A DNA stretch of 64,000 bases from Octopus vulgaris (Eukaryota): positions 224,688,001 through 224,752,000 of the forward strand of contig OX597814.1 in assembly GCA_951406725.2 (NCBI GenBank), given 5' to 3'. The stretch's first letter is position 1, and the number at the start of each line of letters is the position of its first letter. Below are positions 52,931-63,399 of the stretch, piece after piece. The notes below the pieces were generated by a model. The model was not told where the DNA came from and did no database searches. It worked only from the letters and a program-made list of their open reading frames with translations. Made by a program: the position numbers and the translations under genes.

Positions 52931-53771
52931 GTTAGTGTCATCTCACAAACTTTTATTCTTTTATTTATGTCTTAATTCTATTTAATTTTTTTAACATCTG
53001 ATTTGTTTTTTTTTTCTTTGAGATGTTGCACAGTTATTCAAATTTGTGTGTTTGCAAAAATAGGAATACTATTTATTTTTCAAGTTGATGTGGCCGATGC
53101 CAATGCCGCCTTGACTGGCTTCTGTGCCAGTGGCACATGACCTGCTGTGCTTGAGGAGAGCTATTGAGTCAAGTGCATCAACATCAAAATAAAGATCAAA
53201 TGGAAATTGTAGTTGTGATACCTGTGCCGGTGGCACGTAAAAAGCACCATCCAAACGTGGCCAATCCCAGCGCCGCCGTGACCGGCTTCTGTGCCAGTGG
53301 CACGTAAAAGGCACCAATTGATCATGGCCACTGCCAGCCTCCCCTGGCACCTGTGCCAGTGGCATGTAAAAAGCACCCACTACACTCACGGAGTGGTTGG
53401 TGTTAGGAAGGGCATCCAGCTGTAGAAACACTGCCAGATCAGACTGGAGCCTGGTGCAGCCTCCTGGCTTCCCAGACCCTGGTCGAACCGTCCAACCCGT
53501 GCTAGCACAGAAAATGAACGTTAAACGATGATGATGATGGTGAGAAGCTAGTAAAATGACTTATTTTAGAGCTACATAACAATACTTTAATTGGTAATGT
53601 AATTTTTTCTAGAGATGCAAAGTAGAGTAAAACGTAGTCCATTTGCCAATGGGTTTAACCCTTAGCATTCAGATTACTTTGTCAGATCAAAGCTTATTCA
53701 TTCACATTAATTTGAATTAATCATGTATTATCTTGTAGCCGTGAGATTTCAATGATGTTGTGAGATAGTTT

Positions 53772-53857
53772 GAACATAAAACTGGTAGAACATAAAACTG
53801 GAAGAACATAAAACTGGTAGAACATAAAACTGGTAGAACATAAAACTGGTAGAACAT
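53772..53857. repeat. 16-bp minisatellite (GAACATAAAACTGGTA x5 plus partial) inside a TTAA MITE
   Basis: Direct reading; no spacers. Confidence 0.95.
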
Positions 53858-54078
53858 TTTGGGCTTGATATGACCTGTTTGAATGCTTACAGGGTTAATA
53901 CATAAAACTTTCAAACTCATAGAGAAATTAATGATGATTAAAATAAACTGTAGAGATATGCTAACTCAAACCCTGTAAATCTATAGAAACTTCAAAACCT
54001 GGTATGCAGTCCGTGAAGATGAGCAGAGTGATTTTTTATCATGAATATTATCTTACGTATTTTAAATTTTTATTTCAG

Positions 54079-54180
54079 TTTAAACTTTAATCAGGATTCA
54101 ACATTATTATGTGTTTCAAGTGACCACGGTACTGTACACATCTTTTCATGTGAAGATCCAAAGAAGAACAAGCAATCAAG
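54079..54180 (+). CDS. WDR45B: WDR45B exon 8: [33 protein letters not shown]
   Basis: tttcag acceptor, AG|gtattt donor. Confidence 0.96.
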
Positions 54181-55291
54181 GTATTTTAATTAACAGCCGC
54201 ATAGTTATGCTTATGCAATTATCCCTTGTGCGTTATTGTTATTTCCACTTGTAAAAAAAAAAAAGACATTGTTCTAACAAAAATCACTTAAATCACGCAT
54301 GTCCGGTTTAACATTATAACTGACCCCTAAGTGTCGTTAGTAGAGTCAAATCTCAGCTGTTCTGTATAATTTTTCCCTTTTCCTCCAGTCACAGTGGCAC
54401 TGTCGAAAATGGTCTTTTTCACACTAACCAGTTTTTTGGGCAAAGTAAGAGAAAAAAAATCTTGTAAAAGGTTGAAACTTCTTGGAAAATTTACTTCCCA
54501 ACCTCATAGTTCCAAGTTCAGTCCTACTGCATGGCACTTTGGGAAAGCATCTTCTGCTACAGCCCAAGGCTGATCAAAGCCCTGTGAGTGGATTTGGTAG
54601 ACATACTGAAAGAAACCTATTGTGTAAATATGTGTGTGTATGTGTCTGTGTCCATCCTCCACCACTGCTTGATAACCAGTGTTTGTGTGTTTACATCCTC
54701 ATAACTTAGCAATTTGGCCAGAGACTGATAGAATAGATACCAGGCTTGAAAAAAATAAGTACAGAGATCAATTCGTTTGACTAAAATTGAGGCAGTACCC
54801 CAGCTTGACCATAGTCTAACAACTGAAACAAGTAACATGTAAAAAAGGTTTCATGTACAAATTTTTTGTTTGGCAGATAAAACAGCTTCAGTTTCTGATA
54901 GATTTTTGTAATGTGCGATACTTCTTTATTTGAAAAAATACATTCACACACACATGCATGCTTGCACGCACACCAGTGGTGTATGGTGGTGGTGATCATT
55001 GGGTGTGCTGCTACACTGATCATACTACGATTAACGTTAGTATTATTCAGAATTCGAGCTGACTTAAGTTTTGTTTCTGACTTCTAAAAGTGTATTGTTA
55101 GTTTTGAAAACAAATTAAGATCAAAGTTATATCAAGATATTGTAAGAAAAAAAAAATTATTGTAAAGAAAAAATAGATTTAGTTTAGGAATTTTAAATTA
55201 ATTTGAACCACAAAAACGAACATGTGACCATGCTGTCAAAGCAGTCACACACCCTTAGCCATTAATTTTTTGCCATTCTCCCATTATCCTA

Positions 55292-55330
55292 TGAGTGGAT
55301 TTGGTAGACGGAAACTGAAAGAAGCCTGTC

Positions 55331-55382
<52 letters not shown>

Positions 55383-55588
55383 GTGTGTCTGTGTTTGTTC
55401 CCCTAGCATTGCTTGACAACCGATGCTGGTGTGTTTACGTCCCCGTCACTTAGCGGTTCGGCAAAAGAGACCGATAGAATAAGTACTGGGCTTACAAAGA
55501 ATAAGTCCTGGGGTCGATTTGCTCGACTAAAGACGGTGCTCCAGCATGGCTGCAGTCAAATGACTGAAACAAGTAAAAGAGTAAGAGT
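55292..55588 (+). mobile_element. 5'-truncated SINE A with an 88-bp flanking direct repeat
   Basis: Repeat 55207-55294 / 55599-55686. Confidence 0.9.
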
Positions 55589-55868
55589 ATATAACTTCAC
55601 CACAAAAACGAACATGTGACCATGCTGTCAAAGCAGTCGCACACCCTTAGCCATTAATTTTTTGCCATTCTCCCATTATCCTATGATACACCTGCCACCA
55701 AATTTCAAGTAGGGGTATAACAAAAGTTTTCCATTATAATTTGTGATCAAATTAATGAATAAGGTTAATATTTATAATGAATTTGCCATTTTCAATGGTG
55801 CGCAGTGCACACCCAAGATATACACCCCTGATATATATACACACACACACACATACATCTTGTGTCCA

Positions 55869-56402
55869 CAGGGTGTCCTAAAAGTCACTGACGGGTTTCA
55901 ATTTTTAATAACTTCCTTAACTTTACAAATAAATGCATGAAATTTTGATACAATATAAAGGACATAATGGAAATTAATATGCACAAGTCAAATTTTGCTA
56001 CACCACTACATCACATATGAAAAATACATCACTTAAATGGCAACCATTTTTGGCTTCACATGCCTGTGCTCTTTCCAAAACTTGCACCATTACACTCTCA
56101 AGAGTTTCAGACCCCACTTCCCTAATTTCTCTATTGATGTTCTCCTTCAGTTGCATCAGGGTCTCCAGCTTGTTGATGTAAACTCTGTCTTTTAGGTATC
56201 CCCACAAGAAAAAATTCGAGCTAGTGAAGGCCAGTTGACATTGCCGTAGTGGGAGATTATTCTCTCCAAAGCATTGCCATAGCAACTGCATTGTTTCTCT
56301 TTCAGTATGAGCAGTTGCTCCATCAAAATTTCATGCATTTATTTGTAAAGTTAAGAAAGTTATTAAAAATTGACACCCATCTGTGACTTTTGGGACACCC
56401 TA
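55869..56402 (-). mobile_element. Internally deleted IS630-Tc1-mariner element with ~80-bp TIRs
   Basis: TIR CAGGGTGTCC..AAAGTCAC..TTTACAAATAAATGCATGAAATTTTGAT; remnant peptide DGATAHT...FFLWGYLKDRVY...RAQACEAKNGCHL (ORF 55998..56291). Confidence 0.85.
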
Positions 56403-56476
56403 TAGTAACATTCCGTTTCTCAAAGTTTGTTTGTTTTTGTTCACAAAGTTGTTTTGCTTTCTTTATTTCTTTCCAG

Positions 56477-56601
56477 TTTAGCGTCAGCGAGTTTCTTGCC
56501 AAAATATTTTAGTTCAAAATGGAGTTTTTCTAAATTCCAAGTCCCTGGAGGTGCCACACATTGCATTTGTGCCTTTGGCTCTGACAATAATTCTGTGATA
56601 G
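56477..56601 (+). CDS. WDR45B: WDR45B exon 9: [42 protein letters not shown]
   Basis: ttccag acceptor, G|gtaagc donor; inside ORF 56427..56663. Confidence 0.96.
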
Positions 56602-56954
56602 GTAAGCGCTTTTGTTTTGTTTTGAATTTTAGTTTCCTTCTCAAACCATTTGGCTCTCACTGATAGAGAAAGATTCTCATAAAACCTTTCTATATATTAA
56701 TACTTATTTCTTTATTACCCACAAGGGGCTAAACATAGAGGGGACAAACAAGAACAGATATAGGTATTAAGTCGATTACATCGACCCCAGTGCGTAACTG
56801 GTACTTATTTAATCAACCCCGAAAGGATGAAAGGCAAAGTCGACCTCGGTGGAATTTGAACTCACAAGGTAACAGCAGACAAAATACAGCTAAGCATTTT
56901 GCCCGGCGTGCTAACGTTTCTGCCAGCTCGCCACCTTATATTAATATATTAATA

Positions 56955-57502
56955 CTAGCAAATGCACCTTTCCTTTGAATAAAAAAAATGTGAAAACTAA
57001 AAAATATTCTGTAATGCAAATATACGATCATATAGACAAAAAAAGTATGGAGAACAGTTGAAATAAATAGACAAAATCCTTTCACTTTTATATTCTCTAA
57101 CCAAAACCCTCAAACAATATATACCAAGGCACACTTAAAAAAATATAGAAAGTCATAATACACAATTACAACATATAAATAAATAATAACTAAAATAAAA
57201 TGTGAAAACCCCTAAAAATATTCTAATGCCAATATATGACCATATAGATTTAAAAAGTATGGAAGACCCTACATACAAAAAAAACTATGTACATACAATG
57301 AATTAGAGAAAACCCCATGTAAACCACCATTTTTCCAGGTTTGTCCATTTACACGGGAGCTTTGAGCAAAATGTTATAATACATAACCATCCTTGGCTCA
57401 TAAGTAATGTGCATGTAAAGTTTGGTGAAAATCGGTTGAGAATTGTGGAAATGTATGCATCAGTCAATATACACATACATACTGTGATTTATATATACGA
57501 GA
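56955..57502 (-). mobile_element. Non-autonomous Helitron-like element
   Basis: Minus strand A|TCTCGTATATATAAA..GTATGTATGT start and CTAG|T end; internal ~80-bp diverged repeat. Confidence 0.55.
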
Positions 57503-58366
57503 TGACTTACATTTCCCTTGTTTATTATATCTCTTATATTGGATGTGTAAGCAGTTGAGAAGATTGTTTCATAGCCATGTAGTTCTTACCTTGAGCTGAT
57601 TGTGAGGTACCGTAAATAGGTGTCTTCTATCACTGCTTTAGTTTGTGGATAAAATTTGGCAGACAGAAACTGTCCAGAAGCCTGTTACATGTAGGCCTTC
57701 GTGTATTCTGCCATAGATTATCTGGATTATTAACTTTCTGAGGGGAGATAACTCTCTAAAGAAATGTAACTCGATAGGTAGACTTAGTCATTTGAATGAA
57801 TCAATCAACTGAGTACCAAGTTAATCATCATCATCATCATCATCATTTAACGTCCGCTTTCCATGCTAGCATGGGTTGGACGATTTGACTGAGTTCTGGC
57901 GAACCAGATGTCTGCACCAGACTCCAATCTGATCTGGCAGAGTTTCTACAGCTGGATGCCCTTCCTAATGCCAACCACTCCGTGAGTATAGATTTAAAAA
58001 GTATGGAAGACCCTACATACAAAAAAGGTATGTACATACAAGTTTGATATTATTGACTAAGAACCTTCTGTAGGAAGTGCCTCATCATGAAGACAGTTTT
58101 ACCCTTTAGTACTTCAACCAGCCATATATGGTTAATATATTCCTGCTTGTTTTTTGTTTAAACTGGCTCAATCAGGAATACCTACCCTACAATGTCATTT
58201 TAAAAATAAACTACTTTTTCAAAATTTTGGAATTTCAGGATAATTCAATAATGTGAATAAATAAGGATTACATTTGACAGAGTAATCTGAATGCGAAAGG
58301 GTTAGGAGTCTGAAGCAGTCTGAAAAGAATTGAAAAAGTATATTCAAATAGATATGTATTTAAATA

Positions 58367-58757
58367 GGTGCAGGAGTGGTTGTGTGGTAAGTAGCTTGCT
58401 TATCAACCACATGGTTCTGGGTTCATTCCCACTGCGTGGCACGTTGGGCAAGTGTCTTCTACTATAGCCTCAGGCCGACCAAAGCCTTGTGAGTGGATTT
58501 GATAGACGGAAACTGAAAGAAGCTCATCATATGTATGTGTGTGTATATGTTCGTGTGTCTGTGTTTGTCCTCCCCAGCATCACTTGACAACCGATGTTGG
58601 CGTGTCTATGTCCCCGTCACTTAGCGGTTCAGCAAAACAGACCGATAGAAAAAGCACTAGGTTTACAAAGAATAAGTCCTGGGGTCGATTTGCTCGACTA
58701 AAGGCGGTGCTCCAGCATGGCCGCAGTCAAATGACTGAAACAAGTAAAAGAGTAAAT
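58367..58757 (+). mobile_element. SINE A, about 75 nt upstream of the last WDR45B exon
   Basis: Homology. Confidence 0.9.
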
Positions 58758-58830
58758 AGATGTGTGAATGTCTTTCGTAAAAACTTCACTACAAAAGTTC
58801 TTCAACTCTTGTCATTTTATCTTATTTCAG

Positions 58831-58937
58831 TTGTATGTGCTGATGGCAGTTATTACAAGTTCTCGTTCAACACTAAAGGAGACTGCACCAGGGAAGTCTA
58901 TGCACAGTTCCTGGAAATGACAGACGATCGCTCATAG
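58831..58937 (+). CDS. WDR45B: WDR45B last coding exon: [35 protein letters not shown]
   Basis: tttcag acceptor, TAG stop at 58935-58937. Confidence 0.96.
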
Positions 58938-59265
58938 TATCTGCCGTCTTTGTTATCTTGTTTCCTTCTCTTTTATCTCTATCTGTCTATCCCTGCCTAA
59001 CTCTGTCTCTCTCTCTCTCTCTCTCCCTCTCACATCCATTCTTTCTCTTCTACCATGTACATTTCTTGCTGAGGAATACTTGAAGAGAATGTCATATCAA
59101 AAGACACACATATGATGGTGCTTTAATTACTGATAACAATTATGGTTATACAAACCAAAAGCAAAATTCCATATGGAAAATGAAAGACAAAAAACACACA
59201 AAAACAACTTACCTAAAGAAGAAATGCAGCTAATATATTTCCAGACATACTTGTGTACCCATGTA

Positions 59266-59286
59266 AATAAATAATGGATAAATAAA
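59266..59286 (+). promoter_or_regulatory. Candidate polyadenylation signals (two AATAAA) for WDR45B
   Basis: AATAAA at 59266 and 59281, about 330 nt after the stop; AT-rich context makes chance hits likely. Confidence 0.35.
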
Positions 59287-60367
59287 TCATAATACATTTA
59301 TGCTAGATTTCACACATTTAAATATATTATATATATTCTATATTATCATTATATATATATTATATACAAATTATTTATATGTAGAATTTGTTACTCTATA
59401 TATATATATATATATATATATCTTTTGTATAATATTCTCACTTCATGAAATCATCATCATCATTTAACATCCACTATTCCATGATGTGTGTGTGTGTAAA
59501 ATTGGTTTTGGAGTGGTGAAACTTGAAGCATATGAAGCTAATAGCATGTAATTTTGCACTGAAAAATTCTTTGGATAGAGAAAGTCAGAGGCTGCCAGTG
59601 GAATTCAAACGAACATCTTCTGTAAACATTACAGGCATTCTGCCATTGAACCAAAGATCTTTGGATTTTTTTTTCTATCCAAAGAGATTTTTATTCCAAT
59701 ATTTGCATGTTATTGTTTGTAGCTTTATTTGCTTTGAGTTCCTCCACAAAAAAAAAAAGAAAAGAAAAGAAAATTATTTTGCATTCTCTTGAAGTTTATA
59801 AATTCTGATATTATCATTATATGATATACAATCAAAATGAAACTTAAATTCGATGACTGGCATCTGCGCTAGGGGAGCGCTAAGAGCACCATCCAAGAGT
59901 GATCGTGCCAGAGCAGCTGACTGGCTTCCATGCCTGTGGTATGAAAAAAGCACCATTCAAGCGTGATCGTTACCAGCGTCGATGTGAAAAAATATTCGAG
60001 CAAGGTCATTGCCCATGCCGTTGGACTGGCTCCTGTGCAGGTAGCATGTAAAAAACACCATATGAACATGGCTGTTGCCAGTACTGCCTGACTGGCCCTC
60101 ATGCCAGTGGCACGTAAAAGCACCCACTACACTCTTGGAGTGGTTGGCGTTAAGAAGGGCATCCAGCTGTAGAAACTCTACCAGATCAGATTGAAGCCTG
60201 GTGCAGCCATCTGGTTCGCCAGTCCTCAGTCAAAATCGTCCAACCCATGCCAGCATGGAAAGCAGACATTAAATGATGATGATGATATACACACACACAC
60301 ACACCAGAGTAAGCACATAAAAGTGATACAAGATGGAGAAAAATAGTATTCAAATACCAGAGGCAGA

Positions 60368-60555
60368 GTAATATGCTTTATTATTAAAGCTGTAAAAGCA
60401 TCACAAAAGAACTGTTGCTCAGAGTTCCATGTCCCCATTCGTTGGACAGTTTTGGTTTTCTCAATCAAAATTTGTCTGATGAACAGGAATGTGAAACTCT
60501 GAGTAACAGTTTTTTTTGTGTGTGATGTTTTTGCAGCCTTAATAATAAAGTATGT
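60368..60555. mobile_element. Palindromic element made of two inverted hammerhead-bearing (Penelope-like) ends
   Basis: Arms of about 80 bp (atatgctttattattaaagctgtaaaagcatcaca... / ...tgtgatgtttttgcagccttaataataaagtatgt), each containing a hammerhead-type motif. Confidence 0.6.
60473..60508 (+). ncRNA. Type I minimal hammerhead ribozyme motif with canonical core
   Basis: TGT-CTGATGA-ACA(GGAA)TGT-GAAA-CTCTGAG-TA-ACA; predicted cleavage after GUA at 60505. Confidence 0.75.
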
Positions 60556-60917
60556 CATCATCATCATCATCATCATCATACGTCCATTTTCCATGCTGGC
60601 ATGGGTTGGACGGTTCGACTGGGGTCTGGAAAGTCAGGAGGCTGCACCAGGCTCCAGTCTGATCTGGCAGTGTTTCTACAGCTGGATGCCCTTCCTAACG
60701 CCAACCACTCTGAGAGTGTAGTAGGTGCTATTTTACATGCTACCGGCACTGGCTAGTGGGGGCTGGCATCGACCTCGATCTGATGGTGCTTTTTACATGA
60801 TGCTGGCATGGAAGCCAGTCAAGGCAGCGCTGGCATCGGCCACATTCGGATGGTGCTTTTTTTGTGCCACTGGCACAGGGATCACAACTACAATTTCGAT
60901 TTGATTGTGATTTAATT

Positions 60918-60960
<43 letters not shown>

Positions 60961-60964
<4 letters not shown>

Positions 60965-61243
60965 GAGAATTCACGAAAAAACAAAAGACGAAGACAGGTG
61001 GTGTAGAAAACAAACAGATGTATTAGTATAACGCTCAGGAAGTGAAAAAGTCTTTAACGTTTTGAGCCGACGCTCTTCCACAGAAAGGAACACAGAAAAA
61101 AACAAGGAGAGAAAAAAATGTGTAGTGGCTACCGATCCATCATGGTGACTGTGTTTGATACATATGTATCAAACCAACATCTTCTGTAAACATTACAAAC
61201 ATTCTGCCATATTTATATATGGGGTGTGTATATATATATATAA

Positions 61244-61280
<37 letters not shown>

Positions 61281-61372
61281 GGGAGAATTCTCAAAAAAAC
61301 AAAAGACGAAGACAAGTGGTGTAGGCAAAAAACAGATGTATTAGTTTAATGCTCAGGAAGTGAAAAAGTCTG
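60961..61372 (-). mobile_element. Two family H copies, each starting at a (TA)n tract
   Basis: gggagaattc..aaaaaacaaaagacgaagaca..gatgtattagt..gctcaggaagtgaaaaagtct repeated at about 60963 and 61281. Confidence 0.65.
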
Positions 61373-61483
61373 GTTATTTTTTTTTTTTATTACCAATATT
61401 AGGCAAGAAAAAATAATATGATCATCCCGAAATATCTGCTTCAACACACATCAGGAATCTTGCAACACAAATTCATAAACGTC

Positions 61484-61825
61484 GGTCCCACTGCACGACA
61501 CCTTGGGCAAGTGTCTTCTACTATAGACTTGGGCCGGCCAAAGCTTTGTGAGTGGATTTGGTAGTTGGAAACTGAAAGAAGCCCATTGTATATGTATATA
61601 TATATGTATGTGTGTGTATGTTTGTGTGTCTGTGTTTGTTCCCCCAACATTGCCTGACAACCGATCCTGGTGCATTTATGTCTCTATAACTTAGCAGTTT
61701 GCCAAAAGAGACTGATTGAATAAGTACTAGGCTTACAAAGAGTAAGTCCTGGGGTTGATTTGCTTGACTAAATGTGGTGCACCAGCATGGCTCTGCACTC
61801 AGATGGCTGTAACAAGTAAAAGAAT
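61484..61825 (+). mobile_element. SINE A (5'-truncated)
   Basis: Homology. Confidence 0.85.
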
Positions 61826-61837
61826 AACAGAATATAT

Positions 61838-62296
61838 ATCAGAAATAGAACGTGTGTCGTTAGCCAGCTGGAGGAGAAGTCTTCCTGGTGCTATAAACAC
61901 CAGTAGTACTGTCCCACATGGGATGCCACTCTTGGTTAGCAATTATATGTCCCAATTCCATATTGTTACTGTTTACATCTTGCTCAGAGCTTTAATTGAG
62001 CTTATTTCTCCTTTTTTGAGATCAGCGACGGTTCGTCGCTGGAAAAAGCATACAGTATTTTGTGAGTGGGGTGAGTTTTTATTACTAGCTGGTGATTAAC
62101 ACACACTGAGGATGGGTAACCACCCAGAAACTCGAGTTCATGTGTATTATGTAAGGCTAAGGATGGGGTGTTGACCTCCCCTTACAAATGCTAATCAGAC
62201 ACACAATGTGTGTTGTTTGCTAGCTGGAGATGTCTTCCTGGGGCTATAAATGCCAGTAACACTGTCTTGTATGGGAAGCCACTCTTGGTTGGCAGT

Positions 62297-62301
<5 letters not shown>
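61838..62301 (+). mobile_element. Retrozyme-like or Penelope pseudo-LTR element: ~355-bp unit plus ~110-bp terminal redundancy
   Basis: Diverged direct repeats 61838-61948 and 62194-62301, an internal hammerhead motif, and flanking TA runs. Confidence 0.6.
62097..62149 (+). ncRNA. Hammerhead ribozyme motif within a retrozyme/Penelope-like element
   Basis: TAACACACA-CTGAGGA-TGGGT(AACC)ACCCA-GAAAC-TCGA-GTT-CA-TGTGTATTA; two extra nucleotides at the cleavage junction. Confidence 0.65.
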
Positions 62302-62327
<26 letters not shown>

Positions 62328-63399
62328 CATCATGATATTATTTAATATCCATGTGCCATGCTGGTATGGGTTGGACAGTTTGACAGGATTTGATAAGCCC
62401 AAGGATTGCATGGTGATTCAGTTTTTTCTGGTATGGTTTCAACTGCTGAATGCACTTCTAAAGGGCCAACTACTTTATGGCAGGTCCTGGGTGCTTTTTT
62501 TTTTTTTTTTCTCATGCCACCAGCACCAGTGAGTTTTTGGTTATGCAGTCTTTGTTCCCAAAGAAACAGAACTACCCTAGTGAATTTTGGACTCTGTAGG
62601 TAGGTCTTGTAACTGATGTGTGTGTGTGTATTTAATTTATTTTCCCTACTTCTGTGTTGGGAAGAATGCAACCAGCTTTTTTTTCAGTTTTGAATTGTTT
62701 TCTCAGGATTTTTTTTCCAGAATTCTGCTTTAATCATAGGAGATCATGATTCTAAATTAAAAAAAAAAATGGTTAGGTTTTAGGGTCAGCAGTTATGAAT
62801 TAGTATTTTCGAGCAGGGCTAAGTTTCAGAGTTTAGATTTTAGAATTAAGATTTAAAGTTTAGGATTAAATAGAAGAAATGGTATTTAAAACATTCAATT
62901 AGCAAATTCTTTTCTTTTAATTTTTTACAAAATCATAATCTGGTGTTTAAAATGGAAATCCAAAGAAACTTTCTAGAATTTAAAAAGAAATTTATGCGGA
63001 TTATTTAGTCTGATATCCTGCATATGGTTTGTGTAGAGACTTTGCTATAATTTTAGTAAATTACATTGTGACATTAACTACAATACCTTCTTCCCCCCAG
63101 TATTTTTCCTGGTGTGTGTGTATGGATAAATAGTAATTGACCCAATGAAGGCAACCAGTATTCTGAGTCTCTGCTTCACAAATTGTCTGGGACTTGTCCA
63201 CTATGTAAAAGTGATACTGATTTTAACCTCAAATCAATATATATAGTAGAGCTGCCGATGTATGGGGCAAAGGAAGCTGTAGGTGTGCAGCTTATAAGGA
63301 AGCATCCAGACACTCCGCAAACTGGAAATACAGAAATAGATCCTCTAATAGAATTGGTATAAATGTTTTTCCATACCTGAAATTGATATGTACCTAATT

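Larger units (their letters stand above)
23938..58937 (+). other. WDR45B: WDR45B/WIPI3 gene span (coding exons 2-10; exon 1 not found in window)
   Basis: Nine exons of 75, 102, 88, 95, 191, 86, 102, 125 and 107 nt join in frame to give (G)[21 protein letters not shown]...HELRRGAN...[10 protein letters not shown]...[14 protein letters not shown]. The protein carries the PROPPIN L/FRRG lipid-binding motif and the WIPI3-type C-terminus. All introns are GT-AG. Confidence 0.96.

Noticed and set aside
53772-53857. CRISPR-like array
   Set aside because: Head-to-tail repeats with no unique spacers, no cas genes, eukaryotic context
58539-58830. ORF 58539..58937 as a long terminal exon
   Set aside because: The N-terminal part is SINE A read-through; the true acceptor is tttcag at 58830
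813-62671. Recurrent short ORFs (LDALPNANHS.., RHLPKMPRSGTEPGTMW.., YIYIYI..)
   Set aside because: Translations of SINE A, family B and microsatellites; frames and stops are not conserved between copies
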